DNA of 64,000 nucleotides from an uncultured Alphaproteobacteria bacterium. Its GTDB lineage: Bacteria; Pseudomonadota; Alphaproteobacteria; Rhizobiales; Xanthobacteraceae. How positions within the stretch are numbered: position 1 is the stretch's first letter; every line of letters begins with the position of its first letter. Shown piece by piece: positions 21,616 through 32,020 of this stretch. Below the pieces are notes generated by a model. That model saw nothing but the letters and a program-made list of their open reading frames with translations. It did no database searches and was not told where the DNA came from. The DNA is taken from contig CAWGGC010000006.1 of NCBI GenBank assembly GCA_963822035.1, positions 360,478-424,477 on the forward strand. Direction: 5' to 3'. The position numbers and the translations under genes were made by a program.

Positions 21616-22050
21616 ATGCCGCCGCAACTGCAGAACCTGCAATGGCTGCCGGTCATCGCCGCTGCGGCCGCCGCCTGGATCTTCGGCGCGATCTATTACG
21701 GCATACTCTGCCGCGCCTGGAACGCGGCCCAGGGCAAGACCATGGAGCAGGTCAAGGCGGAGAACGCCGGCAAGTCGACGGCCGCCAAGGCGACGCCCTT
21801 CGTCCTCTCCTTCATCGCCGAGATCGTCATGGCCATCGCCATGTCCGGCATCCTGTTCCACATCGGCATCTACGGCCTCGGCGCCGGGCTGTTCTCCGGC
21901 TTCATGATCTGGCTCGGCTTCGTGCTGACCACCATCGCGGTCAACAACGCCTACACGTTCCGCAGCCTCAGGCTCACGACAATCGATGCCGGCCACTGGC
22001 TCGGCGTCATGCTCATCATCGGCGGCCTCATCGGCTGGATCGGCCGCTGA
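21616..22050 (+). CDS. DUF1761-like four-TM membrane protein
   Basis: W..VIAAAAAAWIFGAIYYG; WLGFV; IDAGHWL. Confidence 0.78.
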   Translation: MPPQLQNLQWLPVIAAAAAAWIFGAIYYGILCRAWNAAQGKTMEQVKAENAGKSTAAKATPFVLSFIAEIVMAIAMSGILFHIGIYGLGAGLFSGFMIWLGFVLTTIAVNNAYTFRSLRLTTIDAGHWLGVMLIIGGLIGWIGR

Positions 22051-22053
22051 CTT

Positions 22054-22204
22054 ATCGCTCCCCTGAAAGGGGAGGGTCCGGCGCGCAAGCGCCGGGGGTG
22101 GGGTCTGCGCCGAAAAGACCCCCACCCGGCTCGCCATAGCGCGTCGAAGACGCGCGTGAACGCGCTTACCGCTCGCCACCCTCCCCCGCAAGCGGGGGAA
22201 GGAT
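22054..22204. repeat. Family A repeat with nested module F (about 22135-22170)
   Basis: ctcccctgaaaggggagggtccggcgc... arm shared with the 43577 and 31860 copies; insert catagcgcgtcgaagacgcgcgtgaacgcgcttacc. Confidence 0.85.
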
Positions 22205-22320
22205 AAGAGCGGCGACGAAAGTGGCAGGGCCTGCCGCCTTGTCGCACATCAATGTGCCGTCGCATAATGAGCGCAACAAAAGGTGACCCGCGGGGCAAGC
22301 GGGGACCGGGAGGACAGGCA

Positions 22321-24282
22321 ATGACCGACAAGATCTACGACGTTCCGGCGCAATGGACGAAGCGCGCTTTCGTTGACGACGCCAAGTACAAGGAGATGTA
22401 CGCGCGCTCGATCAAGGACCCCAACGGCTTCTGGGCGGAGCAGGCCAAGCGCATCGACTGGATCAAGGCGCCGACCAAGATCAAGAACACCTCCTACGAC
22501 CCGCACAACGTCTCGATCAAATGGTTCGAGGACGGCAAGCTCAACGTCGCCTACAACTGCGTCGATCGCCATCTCGCCAAGCGCGGCGACCAGGCCGCGA
22601 TCCTCTGGGAAGGCGACGACCCCAAGGACGACAAGAAGATCACCTACAAGGAGCTGCACGCCGAAGTCTGCCGCTTCGCCAACGTGCTGAAGGCGCGCGG
22701 CGTCAAGAAGGGCGACCGCGTCACCATCTACATGCCGATGATCCCGGAAGCGGCGATCTCGATGCTCGCCTGCGCCCGCATCGGCGCCGTCCATTCCGTT
22801 GTGTTCGGCGGTTTCTCGCCGGAATCGCTGGCCGGCCGCATCGAGGACTGCAAATCGAGCGTCATCGTCACCGCCGATGAAGGCGTGCGCGGCGGCCGCA
22901 AGGTTCCGCTGAAGGCCAATGCCGACGCGGCGGCCGACAAGGCCGGCGGCGTCACCACCATGATCGTCGTGCGCCGCACCGGCGAAAAGGTGAACATGAA
23001 GCCGGGCCGCGACGTCTATTACGACGACATCGCCAAGATCGTGCCGGCCGACTGCCCGTGCGAGGAGATGAACGCCGAGGACCCGCTGTTCATCCTCTAC
23101 ACCTCCGGCTCGACCGGCAAGCCCAAGGGCGTGCTGCACACCACCGGCGGCTATCTGCTCTACACCTCGATCACCCACCAATACGTGTTCGACTATCACG
23201 ACGGCGACGTCTACTGGTGCACCGCCGACGTCGGCTGGGTCACCGGCCACAGCTACATCGTCTACGGCCCGCTCTCGTAACGGCGCGATCTCGCTGATGT
23301 TCGAGGGCGTGCCGAACTATCCGACCACCTCGCGCTTCTGGGAGGTGTGCGACAAGCACCAGGTCAACATCATCTACACCGCGCCGACCGCGATCCGCGC
23401 GCTGATGCAGGGCGGCGATGGGCCGGTGAAGAAGACATCGCGCAAGTCGCTGCGCCTGCTTGGCAGCGTCGGCGAGCCGATCAATCCGGAAGCATGGGAG
23501 TGGTACTACCACGTCGTCGGCGAAGGCCGCTGCCCGATCGTCGACACCTGGTGGCAGACCGAAACCGGCGGCATTCTCATCACGCCGCTGCCCGGCGCCA
23601 CTAAGCTCAAGCCCGGCTCGGCGACGCGGCCGTTCTTCGGCGTCGTGCCGGAGATCGTCGACGCCGAAGGCAAGGTGCAGCAAGGCGCCACGCACCGGCA
23701 ATCTGTGCATCGCCGATTCCTGGCCGGGGCAGATGCGCACGGTCTACGGCGACCATGAGCGCTTCGTGCAGACCTATTTCTCGACCTATATCGGCCAGCT
23801 ACTTCACCGGCGACGGCTGCCGCCGCGACGAGGACGGCTACTACTGGATCACCGGCCGCGTCGACGACGTCATCAATGTCGCCGGCCACCGCCTCGGCAC
23901 CGCCGAGGTGGAGAGCGCGCTGGTCGCGCATCCCAAGGTCTCCGAAGCCGCCGTGGTCGGCTATCCGCACGACATCAAGGGCCAGGGCATCTACGCCTAC
24001 GTCACCTTGATGGCCGGCGAGCAACCGAGCGAGGACCTGCGCAAGGAGCTGGTGGCCTGGGTGCGCAAGGAGATCGGCCCGATCGCCTCGCCGGATCTGA
24101 TCCAGTTCTCGCCCGGCCTGCCGAAGACGCGCTCCGGCAAGATCATGCGCCGCATCCTGCGCAAGATCGCCGAGGACGAGTTCGGCAATCTCGGCGACAC
24201 CTCGACGCTCGCCGATCCGGCCGTGGTCGACGACCTGGTGAACAACCGGCAGAACAAGAAAACAGCCAAGGCGGGAGCCTGA
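22321..24282 (+). CDS. acs: Acetyl-CoA synthetase; several frameshifts (about 23278, 23693, 23795)
   Basis: [46 protein letters not shown]. Confidence 0.95.
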
Positions 24283-24305
24283 GCGGCGCGCTTGGGGTCA
24301 TTCAG

Positions 24306-25016
24306 ATGAAGGCTTTCAGCCGGCGCGCGGCGGTCTTTGCCGCGCTCGCATTCGGCTTTGCGCTCGCCGCCTGCGGCGACAGTGAAGCCGACCAGCGCAA
24401 GGCTTTCATCGCCTTCCTGCAGACCTACATCGTCAATAAGCCGGGCGTGCACGTGCCGCGGCCAACCGACGCCGACATCAAGGCGTTCGGCCCTTACGCC
24501 GCGCATTACGCCGTCATCGTCGACTTCACCAGCAACCCGCAGATGATGGGGATCGGCGGCAAGATGGCGGAGGTAACGCAGAAGACCAGCATCCATTCGA
24601 TCGACGAACTGGTCGCCCATCGCGCCGAGATCAAATCGGTCGGCGCCGATCTCAACGCCTTGCGCGAGGCGATGAACCGCGAATACGCCAAGGCACAGGC
24701 GGCGCGCGCGGCGCTGCAGCAGCCCGACGATCTCAAGGCCGTGTTCGACAAGGCGTTCGAGCGCGATATCGCCGCGCCGGCCGCCGCCTTCAACGAGGCG
24801 ATCCCGGTCGCCGTCGACATCGCGGCGGTGAGCGGCAAGCTCGGCGACTATATCGACACCCACCGCGACAAGGTGGTGGTGTCCGGCACCAGCGTCGGCG
24901 GCAGGGACGCGCAGACCAGCAAGGAACTCGCCGCGTTCCTCAAGGCGCTGAGCGCCGCCGGCGCGAAGTTCCAGGGGGCGCAGCAGCGCCTGCACGACGC
25001 GCTGCAGGGAAACTGA
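24306..25016 (+). CDS. DUF3053 (YiaF-like) lipoprotein
   Basis: Lipobox LAAC; [16 protein letters not shown]; [11 protein letters not shown]; [12 protein letters not shown]. Confidence 0.78.
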   Translation: MKAFSRRAAVFAALAFGFALAACGDSEADQRKAFIAFLQTYIVNKPGVHVPRPTDADIKAFGPYAAHYAVIVDFTSNPQMMGIGGKMAEVTQKTSIHSIDELVAHRAEIKSVGADLNALREAMNREYAKAQAARAALQQPDDLKAVFDKAFERDIAAPAAAFNEAIPVAVDIAAVSGKLGDYIDTHRDKVVVSGTSVGGRDAQTSKELAAFLKALSAAGAKFQGAQQRLHDALQGN

Positions 25017-25057
25017 TGCGGACGCAGCGCGACAAATCAACGTCGGCGCGGGTTTGG

Positions 25058-25072
25058 TTAACGGCTATTTAC
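25058..25072 (+). promoter_or_regulatory. Near-consensus CtrA box upstream of the L,D-transpeptidase pair
   Basis: TTAA-CGGCTAT-TTAC, one mismatch to TTAA-N7-TTAA. Confidence 0.5.
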
Positions 25073-25147
25073 GTTACTTCGAGCTTTCCCTGAACGCCGC
25101 GCGCGGCTGACTATGATCGGCTCGTTCAAGTTATGGGCGGGCTTTTC

Positions 25148-25669
25148 ATGGCTCTGGTGTTGCGTCGAACCGCGTTGTTTGTGGTTTTCGTCTTGTTGTG
25201 GGCGCTGCTCGCCGCGATGGCCGCGCACGCGGCGGCGCGCGAGATCGTCGCCGTGTCCGGCTATGCCCCCGGCACCATCGTCATCAAGACCGACGAGCGC
25301 CGTCTTTATTATGTGCTCGATCGCGAGCACGCGCTGCGCTTTCCGGTCGGCGTCGGCCGCACCGGCAAGGCCTGGACCGGCACAGCGCGCATCGAAGGCA
25401 AATACGTCAAGCCGGCCTGGTCGCCGCCCGACGAGATCCGCCGCGACCATCCCAATTTGCCTGAAGTCATTGCCGGCGGCGCCGCCAACAACCCGATGGG
25501 CGCCGCGGCGCTGACCATGCGCGGCGGCGAATACGCCATCCACGGCACCGACAATCCGCGCTCGATCGGCGGCTTCGTCTCCTACGGCTGCATCCGCATG
25601 TACAACGCCGACATCCGCAAGCTGTACAACATGGTCGACGTCGGCACGCCGGTGATCGTGGAGCGCTGA
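25148..25669 (+). CDS. L,D-transpeptidase (YkuD/ErfK)
   Basis: Signal peptide; ERRLYYV, FPVGVGR, NPMGAAAL, HGT...SYGCIRM. Confidence 0.92.
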   Translation: MALVLRRTALFVVFVLLWALLAAMAAHAAAREIVAVSGYAPGTIVIKTDERRLYYVLDREHALRFPVGVGRTGKAWTGTARIEGKYVKPAWSPPDEIRRDHPNLPEVIAGGAANNPMGAAALTMRGGEYAIHGTDNPRSIGGFVSYGCIRMYNADIRKLYNMVDVGTPVIVER

Positions 25670-25671
25670 AG

Positions 25672-26148
25672 GTGGCGCGCCTTTTTGCGTTGTTGCTGAC
25701 CGCTGCCGCGCTCGTTACGCCGCAGCTCGCGGCCGCCCGCGAGGTGGTGCAGTTCCCGGGCGGCTATCGCGCCGGCAGCATCATCGTCGAGACCGATGCG
25801 CGGCAGCTCTATTACGTGGTCGGCAACGGCCAGGCGATCCGTTATCCGGTTGGCGTCGGCCGCGCCGGCATGGCCTGGCACGGCCACGCATACGTGGCGC
25901 AGAAGCTGGTGCGTCCGGCCTGGACCGAGCGGCCGGGCGTCACGCCGGTGATCCCCGGCGGTTCACCGCGCAATCCGATGGGCGAAGCAGTGCTCGGCCT
26001 CGACCGCGGCAATTACGCCATCCACGGCACCAACAACCCGGCCTCGATCGGCGGCTTCGTCTCGCACGGCTGCATCCGCATGTACAATGCCGACATCGTC
26101 GATCTGTATCGCCGCGTCGGCATCGGCACCGAAGTTTATGTGAGATAG
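25672..26148 (+). CDS. L,D-transpeptidase (tandem paralogue)
   Basis: YPVGVGR, NPMG, HGTNNPASIGGFVSHGCIRM. Confidence 0.9.
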   Translation: MARLFALLLTAAALVTPQLAAAREVVQFPGGYRAGSIIVETDARQLYYVVGNGQAIRYPVGVGRAGMAWHGHAYVAQKLVRPAWTERPGVTPVIPGGSPRNPMGEAVLGLDRGNYAIHGTNNPASIGGFVSHGCIRMYNADIVDLYRRVGIGTEVYVR

Positions 26149-26149
26149 T

Positions 26150-26680
26150 CTAGCCGCACCATCCGTCGCGATGGCCGCCGCCATAGGCGCGGGCGTGGCC
26201 GCCCGACAACATCGCCGCTGAGACGTCGCTCGTGCGCGCGGTCGACACATCGGCATCGACGCGGCCGCCGTATTTATCCTGGCCGACCGCCGACACCGCA
26301 ACCGTCCCTTCCGCCAGGATGCGCGCGAGCGCCTCGCGCGCCGCGAGCGCTTTGGTCCGCTCCTCGTCGCAGCGCGCATGCAGCTCGGCGGCGTCGATGC
26401 CGCGCAGCCGCACGCGCGTCGTGACCTCCATGCCGGGCCAGATGCGCACGCGCGCCTCGAAGGTGTCGCCGTCGATCACCCGCAGCACCTCGGCCGCATG
26501 ACCGCTGCGCAGCGCGGATGGCGCCGGCGCCGCATAGGCCGGGGCCGCGACGTCGGTGCCGCCGTGCGAGGCGGCCGGTGTCAGCAGCGCGCCGGCGCTC
26601 AAGCCCGCCGCAAAGCAGGCCGCCGCCAGAACCAGCGTGCCGCCGCGCGGCGACGCGAACTGCCCGATGCTTAAGAACAT
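26150..26680 (-). CDS. Thermonuclease (SNase-like) family protein
   Basis: RVIDGDT, VRLRGIDAAE, DKYGGR; hydrophobic N-terminus. Confidence 0.85.
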   Translation of the reverse strand: MFLSIGQFASPRGGTLVLAAACFAAGLSAGALLTPAASHGGTDVAAPAYAAPAPSALRSGHAAEVLRVIDGDTFEARVRIWPGMEVTTRVRLRGIDAAELHARCDEERTKALAAREALARILAEGTVAVSAVGQDKYGGRVDADVSTARTSDVSAAMLSGGHARAYGGGHRDGWCG

Positions 26681-26843
26681 GGTCCTAGGAGTATATCCCG
26701 AAGACAATTCGCGCAAGCACAATCTGCAGTTGCTTTCTCATTTTTACGCCACTTATGCGTTCCGGGCGGCAAAGCTGTGCATGGCCGCGATTTTTGCCCG
26801 CGGCTTCGCGCCGCGGACACATTTCGTGGCAAAGTTGGCCGCC

Positions 26844-28179
26844 ATGGCGCGCGCGCGCAACTCCCCGCAAGCCGAAGTCCCGGGCCTCGCCGCCCGGCGC
26901 ATCGCCGCCGACATCCTCGACGGCGTGCTGCGCAAGAAGCTCGCGCTCGATGAGCAACTCTCCGGCAAAGGCGCCCACCCCGGCCTCGCCGCGCTTGCCG
27001 AGCGCGACCGCGCGCTGATGCGGCGGCTGGCCGCGACCGTGCTGCGAAGGCTCGGCACGCTGCGTCACGTCGTCGGCGGCTTCCTCGACAAGGGTTTTCC
27101 GGCCGACGCGCCGCGCGCCGAGACCATCCTGCTGGTCGGCGCCGCGCAAATCCTCTGGCTCGACGTGCCCGACCATGCCGCGGTCGACCTCTCGGTGCGC
27201 CTGGCGCAGGCCGACCGCCGCGCCGCGCGCTACGCCGGCCTCGTCAACGCCGTGTTGCGACGCGTCGCGCAGCACCGTGAGGCGAAGCTCCTCGAAACCA
27301 CCGTGCTCGATACGCCGGATTGGCTGTTCAAGCGCTGGGTCAAGGCCTACGGCCGCGACACCGCGCGGCAAATCGCCGAAGCCAATGGCCACGAACCGGC
27401 GCTCGATCTCACCGTCAAGAGCGACGCCGCCGGATGGGCCGAGCATGTGCACGGCCGCGTGCTGCCGACCGGTACCGTGCGCACGCTGGCGCACGGCGCG
27501 ATCTCGCTGCTGCCCGGCTTTGCCGAAGGCGCCTGGTGGGTGCAGGACGCCGCCGCCGCGCTACCTACGCACCTGTTCGGCGACTTGCGCGACAAGACCG
27601 TCGCCGATCTGTGCGCCGCGCCCGGCGGCAAGACGGCGCAGCTTGCCCATGCCGGCGCGCGCGTCACCGCCGTCGACCGCTCGCCGGCGCGGCTGGCCCG
27701 TCTCAAGGACAATCTCGACGCGGCTGTCGCTCACCGCCGAGGTCGTCGCCGCCGACGCGCTGGAATGGCAGGCGGGCCCCTTTGACGCCGTGCTGCTCGA
27801 CGCGCCTTGCTCCTCGACCGGCACCATCCGCCGCCATCCCGACGTGCCGTGGCTCAAGGCCGAGGCCGACCTCGCCGTGCTCGTCTCGCTGCAGCAGCGC
27901 CTCATCGACCGCGCGGTCGACCTGACGAAGCCCGGAGGCACGCTCGTTTATTGCGTCTGCTCGCTGGAGCCGGAGGAAGCCGAGAGGCAAATCGCGGCAT
28001 TGCTCGTGCGGGACCCGCGCGTTGCCCGCAAGGCGCTTGATCCCGCCGACGTCTTCGGCTGCGGTGAGTTCATCGATGCCGACGGCGACCTGCGCACCCT
28101 GCCGATGTACCTGCCGGATGCCGATCCGCGCTGGGGCGGCATCGACGGCTTCTACGCCGCCCGCCTCGTCCGCAATTAA
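26844..28179 (+). CDS. rsmB: RsmB/NOP-family RNA m5C methyltransferase; frameshift near 27720
   Basis: NusB-like N-terminus (LVNAVLRR), WVQDAAA, DLCAAPGGKT, LLDAPCSSTG, YCVCSL. Confidence 0.85.
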
Positions 28180-28284
28180 CCAATTTCCACTTGGATTTCA
28201 GGCATATTGGCCGCTCCGGCCCCCTTCGCTATCTTGGGCTGAGGCGTGGGGCCAAAAAGAAACCAGTTGGGGGCGAGCCGCTCG

Positions 28285-30039
28285 ATGACGCGGGTTTCGG
28301 TCGCTGAACAATTCAGGCTCTCCCTGTTCATCGCCCGTCGCGCGTACCGCAGCCTCATTGGCGGCATCAACGCGCATCCGCTGCTGCGCTGGCGCTACAC
28401 CTCGGCCTCGACCGACCGCCTCGTCATCGCGCCGCAGGACCTGCGCACCGCCGACGCCACCCGCGCCAGCGAAATCTACGGCGGCCGCTTCGCCTTTGCC
28501 GGCAAGGTGGTGATCTGCGACCGGCGCTCGCCTTTCGAGATGGCGCCGCCGTCCGACGAATGGGCGGTGCTGCTGTTGAGCTTCTCCTGGCTGCGCCACC
28601 TGCGCGCCGCCAACTCGGCCATCACCCGCGCCAATGCCCGCTCGCTGATCGACGACTGGATCAACGTGCAAGGCCGTTTCCACCCGCTCGGCTGGCGCAC
28701 CGACATCCTGTCGCGCCGCATTCTGTTCTGGCTGTGCCAGGCGCCGTTCGTGCTGCAGGACGCCGACGTTCGCTTCTACCGCCGCTTCACGCGCTCGCTG
28801 TCGCGGCAAGTGCGCTATCTGCGCAGCACGTTCAACCAGTCTCGCGACGGCCTGCCCCGGCTGCAGGCGCTGATCGCGCTCGCTTACGCCGGGCTCTGCC
28901 TCGAGGGCCAGTCCGGCTCGTTGCGCGCCAGCGTGCGCAAGCTGACCGAGGAGCTCGGCCGCCAGATCCTGCCCGACGGCGGCCACATCAGCCGCAACCC
29001 CGGCGCGCTGATCGAGCTGCTCATCGACCTGTTGCCGCTGCGGCAACTGTTCACGGCGCGCAACCTGCCGCCGCCCGCCGCGCTCAACAACGCCATCGAC
29101 CGCATGATGCCGATGCTGCGCTTCTTCCGCCACGCCGACGGCAACTTCGCGCAGTTCAACGGCATGGGGCCGACGCCGGTCGACATGCTGGCGACCGCGC
29201 TCGCCTATGACGACGCCCGTGGCGCGCCGGTCGCCAACGCGCCGCATTCCGGCTATCAGCGCATCGAGGCCGGCAACACCGCGCTCGTCATGGACACCGG
29301 CAAACCGCCGCCGCTGCCGTTGAGCCAGGAGGCGCATGCCGGCTGCCTGTCCTTCGAGCTATCGTGGAATTTGAACCGCCTGGTGGTGAATTGCGGGCTG
29401 CCGGCGGTCAATAGGGAAAACTGGCGGCAGGTCGCGCGCGCGACGCCCGCGCATTCGACCGTCAGCTTCAACGATGCTTCGGCCTGTCAGTTCTTCGAGT
29501 CGCGCAGCTTCCGCAAGCTGCTGTTCGGCACGCCGATCATTGCCGGCCCGCGCAACGTGAAGGTGCTGCGCGAGGACACCGTCGACGGCGCCATGCTGCG
29601 CATATCGCACGACGGCTACGCGCGCGAATTCGGCGTCAGCCACTACCGCGTGCTGCGGCTGAGCCCCGACGGCCGCCTGCTCGACGGCGAGGACAGCTTC
29701 ACCTATCCGGCCGACGTCAGCGCTTCGACCCGCGACGACTTCGCCATCCGCTTCCACCTGCATCCGGCGGTCAAGGCCAACCGCCTGAGCGACGGCCACG
29801 GCGTCATCCTGCTGCTGCCGGACCGCGAATTGTGGACCTTCAGCACTTACGGCGAGACCGCCGAGATCGAGGAAAGCGTGTTCCTGTCCGGCTCCGACGG
29901 CCCGCGCCGCACCGTGCAGATTGTCATCTACGGCCAGGCGCGTAAGCAATCGCGCGTGCGCTGGAGCTTCCGCCACACTCCGCCTTCCTCCGCGACGACC
30001 CGTAAGGATCACCCGGACGAGCCGGAACTGCCGCTGTAG
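28285..30039 (+). CDS. Heparinase II/III-family protein
   Basis: QILPDGGHISRNP, FFRHADG, HAGCLSFE, ARATPAHST, RFHLHP; rsmB-purH synteny. Confidence 0.85.
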   Translation: MTRVSVAEQFRLSLFIARRAYRSLIGGINAHPLLRWRYTSASTDRLVIAPQDLRTADATRASEIYGGRFAFAGKVVICDRRSPFEMAPPSDEWAVLLLSFSWLRHLRAANSAITRANARSLIDDWINVQGRFHPLGWRTDILSRRILFWLCQAPFVLQDADVRFYRRFTRSLSRQVRYLRSTFNQSRDGLPRLQALIALAYAGLCLEGQSGSLRASVRKLTEELGRQILPDGGHISRNPGALIELLIDLLPLRQLFTARNLPPPAALNNAIDRMMPMLRFFRHADGNFAQFNGMGPTPVDMLATALAYDDARGAPVANAPHSGYQRIEAGNTALVMDTGKPPPLPLSQEAHAGCLSFELSWNLNRLVVNCGLPAVNRENWRQVARATPAHSTVSFNDASACQFFESRSFRKLLFGTPIIAGPRNVKVLREDTVDGAMLRISHDGYAREFGVSHYRVLRLSPDGRLLDGEDSFTYPADVSASTRDDFAIRFHLHPAVKANRLSDGHGVILLLPDRELWTFSTYGETAEIEESVFLSGSDGPRRTVQIVIYGQARKQSRVRWSFRHTPPSSATTRKDHPDEPELPL

Positions 30040-30178
30040 TCATTCCGGGGCGCGAGCAAAGCGAGCGAACCGGAATCCATAACCCCAGTGCTGCGGAGTA
30101 TGGATTCCGGGTCCGGCACGGAGCCTGTCATCGGGCCGGCCCAAGAGGGCCGGACCCGTTGGGCCGTCCCGGAATGAC
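30039..30178. repeat. Family B repeat with nested module N (30119-30162)
   Basis: gtcattccgggg...ggaatgac; insert cggagcctgtcatcgggccggcccaagagggccggacccgttgg. Confidence 0.87.
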
Positions 30179-30261
30179 GGCGTCAATGGCTGTGGATGCG
30201 CAGAACATCGCCAATCTTGCCAGATACACTTCCGCCCGCTTGATGTGCTAGCCGGTTGCTC

Positions 30262-31854
30262 ATGGCCAGCCACCCGCGCCGCATCACCCGCGCTCTGCTG
30301 TCGGTGTCCGACAAGGCCGGGCTTATCGAGTTCGCCAAGGCGCTCGCCGGCTTCAATATAGAGCTGGTTTCGACAGGCGGCACCGCCAAGGCGCTGGACG
30401 ACGCCGGCTTGCGCGTCATCGACGTTGCCGATCTGACCGGATTTCCGGAGATGATGGACGGCCGGGTCAAGACGCTGCACCCGAAGGTGCACGGCGGCCT
30501 GCTGGCGATCCGCGGCAACAAGGAACACGCCGCGGCGATGCAGCACCACCGCATCGCGCCGATCGACCTGCTGGTGGTGAACCTCTATCCGTTCGAGGCG
30601 ACGGTGGCTAAAGGCGCGTCCTTCGACGACTGCATCGAGAACATCGACATCGGCGGGCCCGCCATGATCCGCGCCGCCGCCAAAAACCATAACGATGTGA
30701 CGGTCGTGGTCGAGCCTACCGACTATGCGCTGGTGCTCAGCGAACTGACGCAGCATGCCGGCATGACCACGCTCGAATTGCGGAAGAAGCTTGCGGCCAA
30801 AGCCTATGCCCGCACCGCGGCTTACGACGCCGCGATCTCCAACTGGTTCGCCGACACGCTGCACGACAACGCGCCCGACTATCGCGCCTTCGGCGGCAAG
30901 CTCATTCAGGCGCTGCGCTACGGCGAGAACCCGCATCAGAGCGCCGCCTTCTATCGCGCGCCCGGCCAGCGCTCCGGCGTCGCGACCGCGCGGCAGTTGC
31001 AGGGCAAGGAGCTCTCCTACAACAACATCAACGATACCGACGCGGCCTACGAATGCGTCGCCGAGTTTGACGCCAACCGCACCGCGGCCTGCGTCATCGT
31101 CAAGCACGCCAATCCGTGCGGCGTCGCCGAAGGCGCGAGCCTGGTCGATGCCTACGGACGCGCGCTGGCCTGCGATTCAACCTCGGCCTTCGGCGGCATC
31201 GTCGCGGTCAACCGCGCGCTCGATGCCGAGGCCGCCAAGGCCATCACCGAGATCTTCACCGAAGTGATCATCGCCCCGGACGCAACCGACGAAGCGATCA
31301 AGATCGTGGCGGCGAAGAAGAACCTGCGTCTGCTCATCGCCGGCGGCCTGCCCAACCCGCGCGCGGCGGGCTGGCAGGTGAAATCGGTTGCCGGCGGCCT
31401 GTTGGTGCAGTCGCGCGACAACGCCGTGGTCGACGACATGCAGCTCAAGACTGTCACCAAGCGTCAGCCGACCGAGAAGGAACTGGCCGATCTGCGCTTT
31501 GCCTTCCGCGTCGCCAAGCACGTCAAATCGAACACCATCGTCTATGCCAAGGATCGCGCCACCGTCGGCATCGGCGCCGGACAGATGAGCCGCGTCGATG
31601 CCGCGCGCATCGCGGCGCGCAAGGCGGAAGACGCCGCCAAGGAGTTGAAGCTCGCCGCGCCGCTGACCAAAGGCTCGGTGGTCGCCTCCGACGCCTTCTT
31701 CCCGTTCGCCGACGGGCTGCTGGTCGCGATCGAAGCCGGCGCTACCGCGGTGATCCAGCCCGGCGGCTCGGTGCGCGACGACGAGGTGATCAAGGCCGCC
31801 GACGAGCACGGCATCGCCATGGTGTTCACCGGCGTGCGGCATTTCAGGCATTGA
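30262..31854 (+). CDS. purH: Bifunctional AICAR formyltransferase / IMP cyclohydrolase
   Basis: [45 protein letters not shown]. Confidence 0.98.
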   Translation: MASHPRRITRALLSVSDKAGLIEFAKALAGFNIELVSTGGTAKALDDAGLRVIDVADLTGFPEMMDGRVKTLHPKVHGGLLAIRGNKEHAAAMQHHRIAPIDLLVVNLYPFEATVAKGASFDDCIENIDIGGPAMIRAAAKNHNDVTVVVEPTDYALVLSELTQHAGMTTLELRKKLAAKAYARTAAYDAAISNWFADTLHDNAPDYRAFGGKLIQALRYGENPHQSAAFYRAPGQRSGVATARQLQGKELSYNNINDTDAAYECVAEFDANRTAACVIVKHANPCGVAEGASLVDAYGRALACDSTSAFGGIVAVNRALDAEAAKAITEIFTEVIIAPDATDEAIKIVAAKKNLRLLIAGGLPNPRAAGWQVKSVAGGLLVQSRDNAVVDDMQLKTVTKRQPTEKELADLRFAFRVAKHVKSNTIVYAKDRATVGIGAGQMSRVDAARIAARKAEDAAKELKLAAPLTKGSVVASDAFFPFADGLLVAIEAGATAVIQPGGSVRDDEVIKAADEHGIAMVFTGVRHFRH

Positions 31855-31859
31855 TGTTT

Positions 31860-32020
31860 ATCCCTCCCCCGCAGGGGGAGGGTGGCGAGCCAACGGGTCC
31901 GCGCGAAGCGCGGCCCGATGATAAACTCCGCGAGCCGGGTGGGGCGCGCGCGCGAAGAACCTCTAACGTAACCCCACCCCCGGCGCTCCGCGCCGGACCC
32001 TCCCCTTTCAGGGGAGGGAT
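31860..32020. repeat. Family A repeat with nested module N (31890-31929), between convergent purH and gdh
   Basis: tccctcccccgcagggggaggg ... ccctcccctttcaggggagggat; insert ccaacgggtccgcgcgaagcgcggcccgatgataaactcc. Confidence 0.87.

Noticed and set aside
19834-22204. Clustered repeats as a CRISPR array or integron attC cassette array
   Set aside because: The repeats belong to different families, are separated by conserved housekeeping genes and lack constant spacing. No cas or integrase gene is present.
23278-23280. TAA in acs as possible stop-codon readthrough
   Set aside because: It results from an extra T in tcg-t-aac-ggc (GPLS-NGA). The continuation is in another frame, so it is an indel rather than recoding.
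26150-26680. Thermonuclease as the mobiliser of the repeats or as a defence gene
   Set aside because: It has a hydrophobic export-like N-terminus, no flanking repeats and a housekeeping neighbourhood.
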